From: Candidatus Moraniibacteriota bacterium
GTDB taxonomy: Bacteria > Patescibacteriota > Minisyncoccia > Moranbacterales > UBA1568
Length of the DNA stretch: 64,000 nt
Assembly (NCBI GenBank): GCA_017983435.1
Contig: JAGOBM010000002.1
Location: forward strand, 33,414-97,413
Direction: 5' to 3'
Part shown: positions 61,780 to 64,000 of the stretch, one piece after another
Layout: every line of letters begins with the position of its first letter
Numbering within the stretch: position 1 is the stretch's first letter
Program-made: the position numbers and the translations under genes
The notes under the pieces: model-generated
What the model was told of the DNA's origin: nothing
Database searches by the model: none
What the model saw: only the letters and a program-made list of their open reading frames with translations

Positions 61780-64000
61780 ATGTCTCAGAAATCGGAGAGA
61801 GCGCTGAGGGTGAAGGATTCGATCGGATCGCATTCTTCGCTGGCCAAGCGGAAGTTTTTCAATAATCGTATTACGGTGTCCCTGCCGGACCTCATCGAGG
61901 TGCAGAAGGATTCCTACAATTGGTTCTGGGAAAAAGGTCTGAAAGAGCTTCTGAACGAGGTCAATCCGATCACTGACTTTACGAACAAGGATCTTGAGCT
62001 GTCTCTCGACGAGTACTATCTCGACGAGCCGAAGTATGCCGCGGCGGTTTCGAAGGCGAAAAACATCTCCTATGAGGCTCCGCTTCGCGCCAAGGCGACG
62101 CTCGTCATCAAGAAGACGGGCGAGGTGAAAGAGCAGGAAATTTACCTCGGTGATTTCCCGATCATGACCGAGCGCGGCACGTTTATCATCAATGGCGTCG
62201 AGCGCGTCGTCGTCTCCCAGCTGATCCGTTCCCCAGGTGTCTTCTTCACGATGGATTTCCAGAAGGGCAAGAAGCTGTTCGGAGCGAAGATTATCCCGAA
62301 CCGCGGTGCCTGGCTCGAGGTCGAGACCGATCTTGATGGCGTCATCTCGGTGAAGATCGACCGCAAGCGCAAACTCCCGATCACGACCCTGTTGCGCGCT
62401 TTTGGCTGCGATGAGAAGCAGATCCGCAAGGAATTTGCCGGCTGCGACGAGGGAGAAGTGAAATATATCGATACGACTCTCCTCAAGGATTCTTCCCGTT
62501 CCCAGGGTGAAGCCTATATCGAGGTCTACAAGCGTCTCCGCCCGGGCGACCTCGCGACCGAGGACAACGCCAAGCAGATGATCGATGCCATGTTCTTCAA
62601 TTTTGAGCGCTATGACTTCGGATCGGTCGGACGCTATCGGCTGAACCAGCGTCTCTCGATCGAGCGCGAAGACAAGGAAGAGAACCGTATCCTCAATATC
62701 GAGGACCTGTTCCTCATCGTGAAGGAAGTCATCCGTCTCAACAACGATGTCGATGGCCGTCCTGACGATATCGACCACCTCGGCAATCGCCGCGTGCGCG
62801 CCGTGGGTGAGCTCATCCAGAATAAGCTCCGCGTCGGCATCTATCGCATGGTCCGCAATATCAAAGATCGCATGTCGACCTGCGATGTCGAGACCGTCGT
62901 CCCGGGCCAGCTCATCAACCCGCGTCCGGTGGCCGCGAGTGTCAAAGAATTCTTCTCAAGCTCCCAGCTCTCCCAGTTCATGGACCAGGTCAACCCGCTC
63001 GCCGAGCTCGAGCACAAGCGCCGTCTCTCCGCGATGGGTCCGGGCGGACTCACCCGTGAGCGCGCCGGTTTTGAAGTGCGCGACGTGCACCACAGCCACT
63101 ACGGCCGCATCTGTCCGGTACAGACCTCTGAAGGTCCGAACATCGGTCTCGTCGGTCATCTCGCTTCCTATGCCAAGGTGAACGAGTACGGTTTCCTCGA
63201 GACTCCGTATCTTATCGTGAAGAAGGCAGTCGAAGCCAAGAAAGAAGCGCTCCTCCATCGTATCCTGGCCGAATCCGTCGAAGGCGTCGCCAAGACGGGC
63301 GCGCTCCTCGATGAGGATATGGCCGCCAAGGTCGCCGCGAAGAAGAAGGGTGAGATGGTAGCAGTGAAGCCGTTCGTCACGCTCGACATCGAATATCTGA
63401 ATGCTATCGTCGAGGATCGCAAGACGATCGCGCATGCCGGTATCGAGCTCGATGAGTATCGCAATTTCATCGAGGCATCCGTCGAGGCCCGCGTGAAGGG
63501 GCATCCAGGTATGATCGAATCCGAAGAAGTGGACTACGTCGACGTTTCCGTGAAGCAGTGTATCTCCATCGCGACCGCGCTTATCCCGTTCCTCGAGCAT
63601 GATGATGCCAACCGCGCCCTCATGGGTTCAAACATGCAGCGCCAGGCAGTCTCCTGCGTCGTGCCGCAGGCCCCGATCGTCGGGACCGGTATCGAAGACA
63701 AGGCCGCCCGCGACTCGGGTCAGGTACTGCTCGCCGTCGAGGCGGGTGAAGTCGTCGAAGTCGACGGCAACCATATCATCGTCCGCTCCAAGGCTCCGGC
63801 CGGCGCGAAGAAGGATCATATCGATCGCGAATACGAACTCCAGAATTTCGAGCGTTCCAACTCGTTCACCTCGATGAACCAGGTGCCACGCGTGACCAAG
63901 GGACAGAAGCTCGAGAAGGGCGATCTCCTCGCTGACGGCGCTTCGACCGACCACGGCGAGCTCGCGCTCGGACAGAATATGCTCGTCGCGTTTGTGCCAT
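61780..64000 (+). CDS. rpoB: DNA-directed RNA polymerase beta subunit, N-terminal roughly 740 aa (continues past the window end)
   Basis: The frame-1 ORF from the ATG at 61780 is open to the window end. MSQKSERALRVKDSIG...FPIMTERGTFIINGVERVVVSQLIRSPGVFF is canonical RpoB. It is absent from the ORF track only because it has no stop codon in the window. Confidence 0.95.
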   Translation, partial: MSQKSERALRVKDSIGSHSSLAKRKFFNNRITVSLPDLIEVQKDSYNWFWEKGLKELLNEVNPITDFTNKDLELSLDEYYLDEPKYAAAVSKAKNISYEAPLRAKATLVIKKTGEVKEQEIYLGDFPIMTERGTFIINGVERVVVSQLIRSPGVFFTMDFQKGKKLFGAKIIPNRGAWLEVETDLDGVISVKIDRKRKLPITTLLRAFGCDEKQIRKEFAGCDEGEVKYIDTTLLKDSSRSQGEAYIEVYKRLRPGDLATEDNAKQMIDAMFFNFERYDFGSVGRYRLNQRLSIEREDKEENRILNIEDLFLIVKEVIRLNNDVDGRPDDIDHLGNRRVRAVGELIQNKLRVGIYRMVRNIKDRMSTCDVETVVPGQLINPRPVAASVKEFFSSSQLSQFMDQVNPLAELEHKRRLSAMGPGGLTRERAGFEVRDVHHSHYGRICPVQTSEGPNIGLVGHLASYAKVNEYGFLETPYLIVKKAVEAKKEALLHRILAESVEGVAKTGALLDEDMAAKVAAKKKGEMVAVKPFVTLDIEYLNAIVEDRKTIAHAGIELDEYRNFIEASVEARVKGHPGMIESEEVDYVDVSVKQCISIATALIPFLEHDDANRALMGSNMQRQAVSCVVPQAPIVGTGIEDKAARDSGQVLLAVEAGEVVEVDGNHIIVRSKAPAGAKKDHIDREYELQNFERSNSFTSMNQVPRVTKGQKLEKGDLLADGASTDHGELALGQNMLVAFVP

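Noticed and set aside
61717-62778. 353-aa minus-strand ORF, plus 62956-63600 (-) and 62747-63181 (+)
   Set aside because: They overlap the unmistakable rpoB reading frame (frame 1 from 61780) and are antisense or off-frame artefacts.

Overview
This is a gene-dense, mostly + strand chromosomal segment of about 57% GC from a small-genome bacterium. The content is housekeeping. I cannot place the organism; a short SufD, no quinone genes in view and compact operons would fit a Patescibacteria/CPR-like or other streamlined lineage, but that is inference only.

Genes recognised in order:
- xseA C-terminus and xseB.
- A two-subunit 2-oxoacid:ferredoxin oxidoreductase (fused gamma/alpha subunit, and beta subunit), interrupted by an AT-rich inverted-repeat-flanked cassette that carries a four-helix-bundle protein gene.
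- A complete minus-strand SUF operon: Rrf2 regulator, sufC, sufB, sufD, sufS, sufU, ferredoxin, sufT.
- dus.
- A MacB/FtsX-type ABC pair (permease plus ATPase).
- A redox module of an MsrQ-like protein and a thioredoxin-CcdA fusion.
- infC-rpmI-rplT.
- smpB, with an unannotated tmRNA (ssrA) directly downstream.
- Three secreted or membrane repeat proteins.
- argS.
- A histidine phosphatase.
- An AOX-like diiron oxidase next to a hemerythrin.
- A T-box leader and ileS.
- recO.
- A LysM-SLT transglycosylase.
- A large surface protein.
- tgt.
- A P-type ATPase.
- glyQS.
- An M16 peptidase.
- An AI-2E transporter.
- rsmI.
- metG.
- tatD.
- The ATP synthase operon atpBEFHAG-[insertion]-DC.
- rpsF-ssb-rpsR.
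- efp.
- gyrB.
- rplY.
- An amidase.
- The start of rpoB.

Features beyond the ORF track:
1. An approximately 85-nt stem-loop element in three intergenic sites. Its 35-nt loop is conserved, while the long outer stems differ in sequence but keep their pairing, which marks it as a candidate structured RNA.
2. A GAATATGGAATAGAGAATA-type inverted-repeat family at nine loci (counting the half-copy inside tgt), two of them as in-frame insertions inside tatD and tgt, similar to the Rickettsia palindromic-element phenomenon.
3. An ORF6N-domain gene with a small membrane-protein gene, inserted between atpG and atpD.
4. Several shared hairpin or palindrome motifs.

No CRISPR array, rRNA gene or obvious tRNA gene was found by eye.
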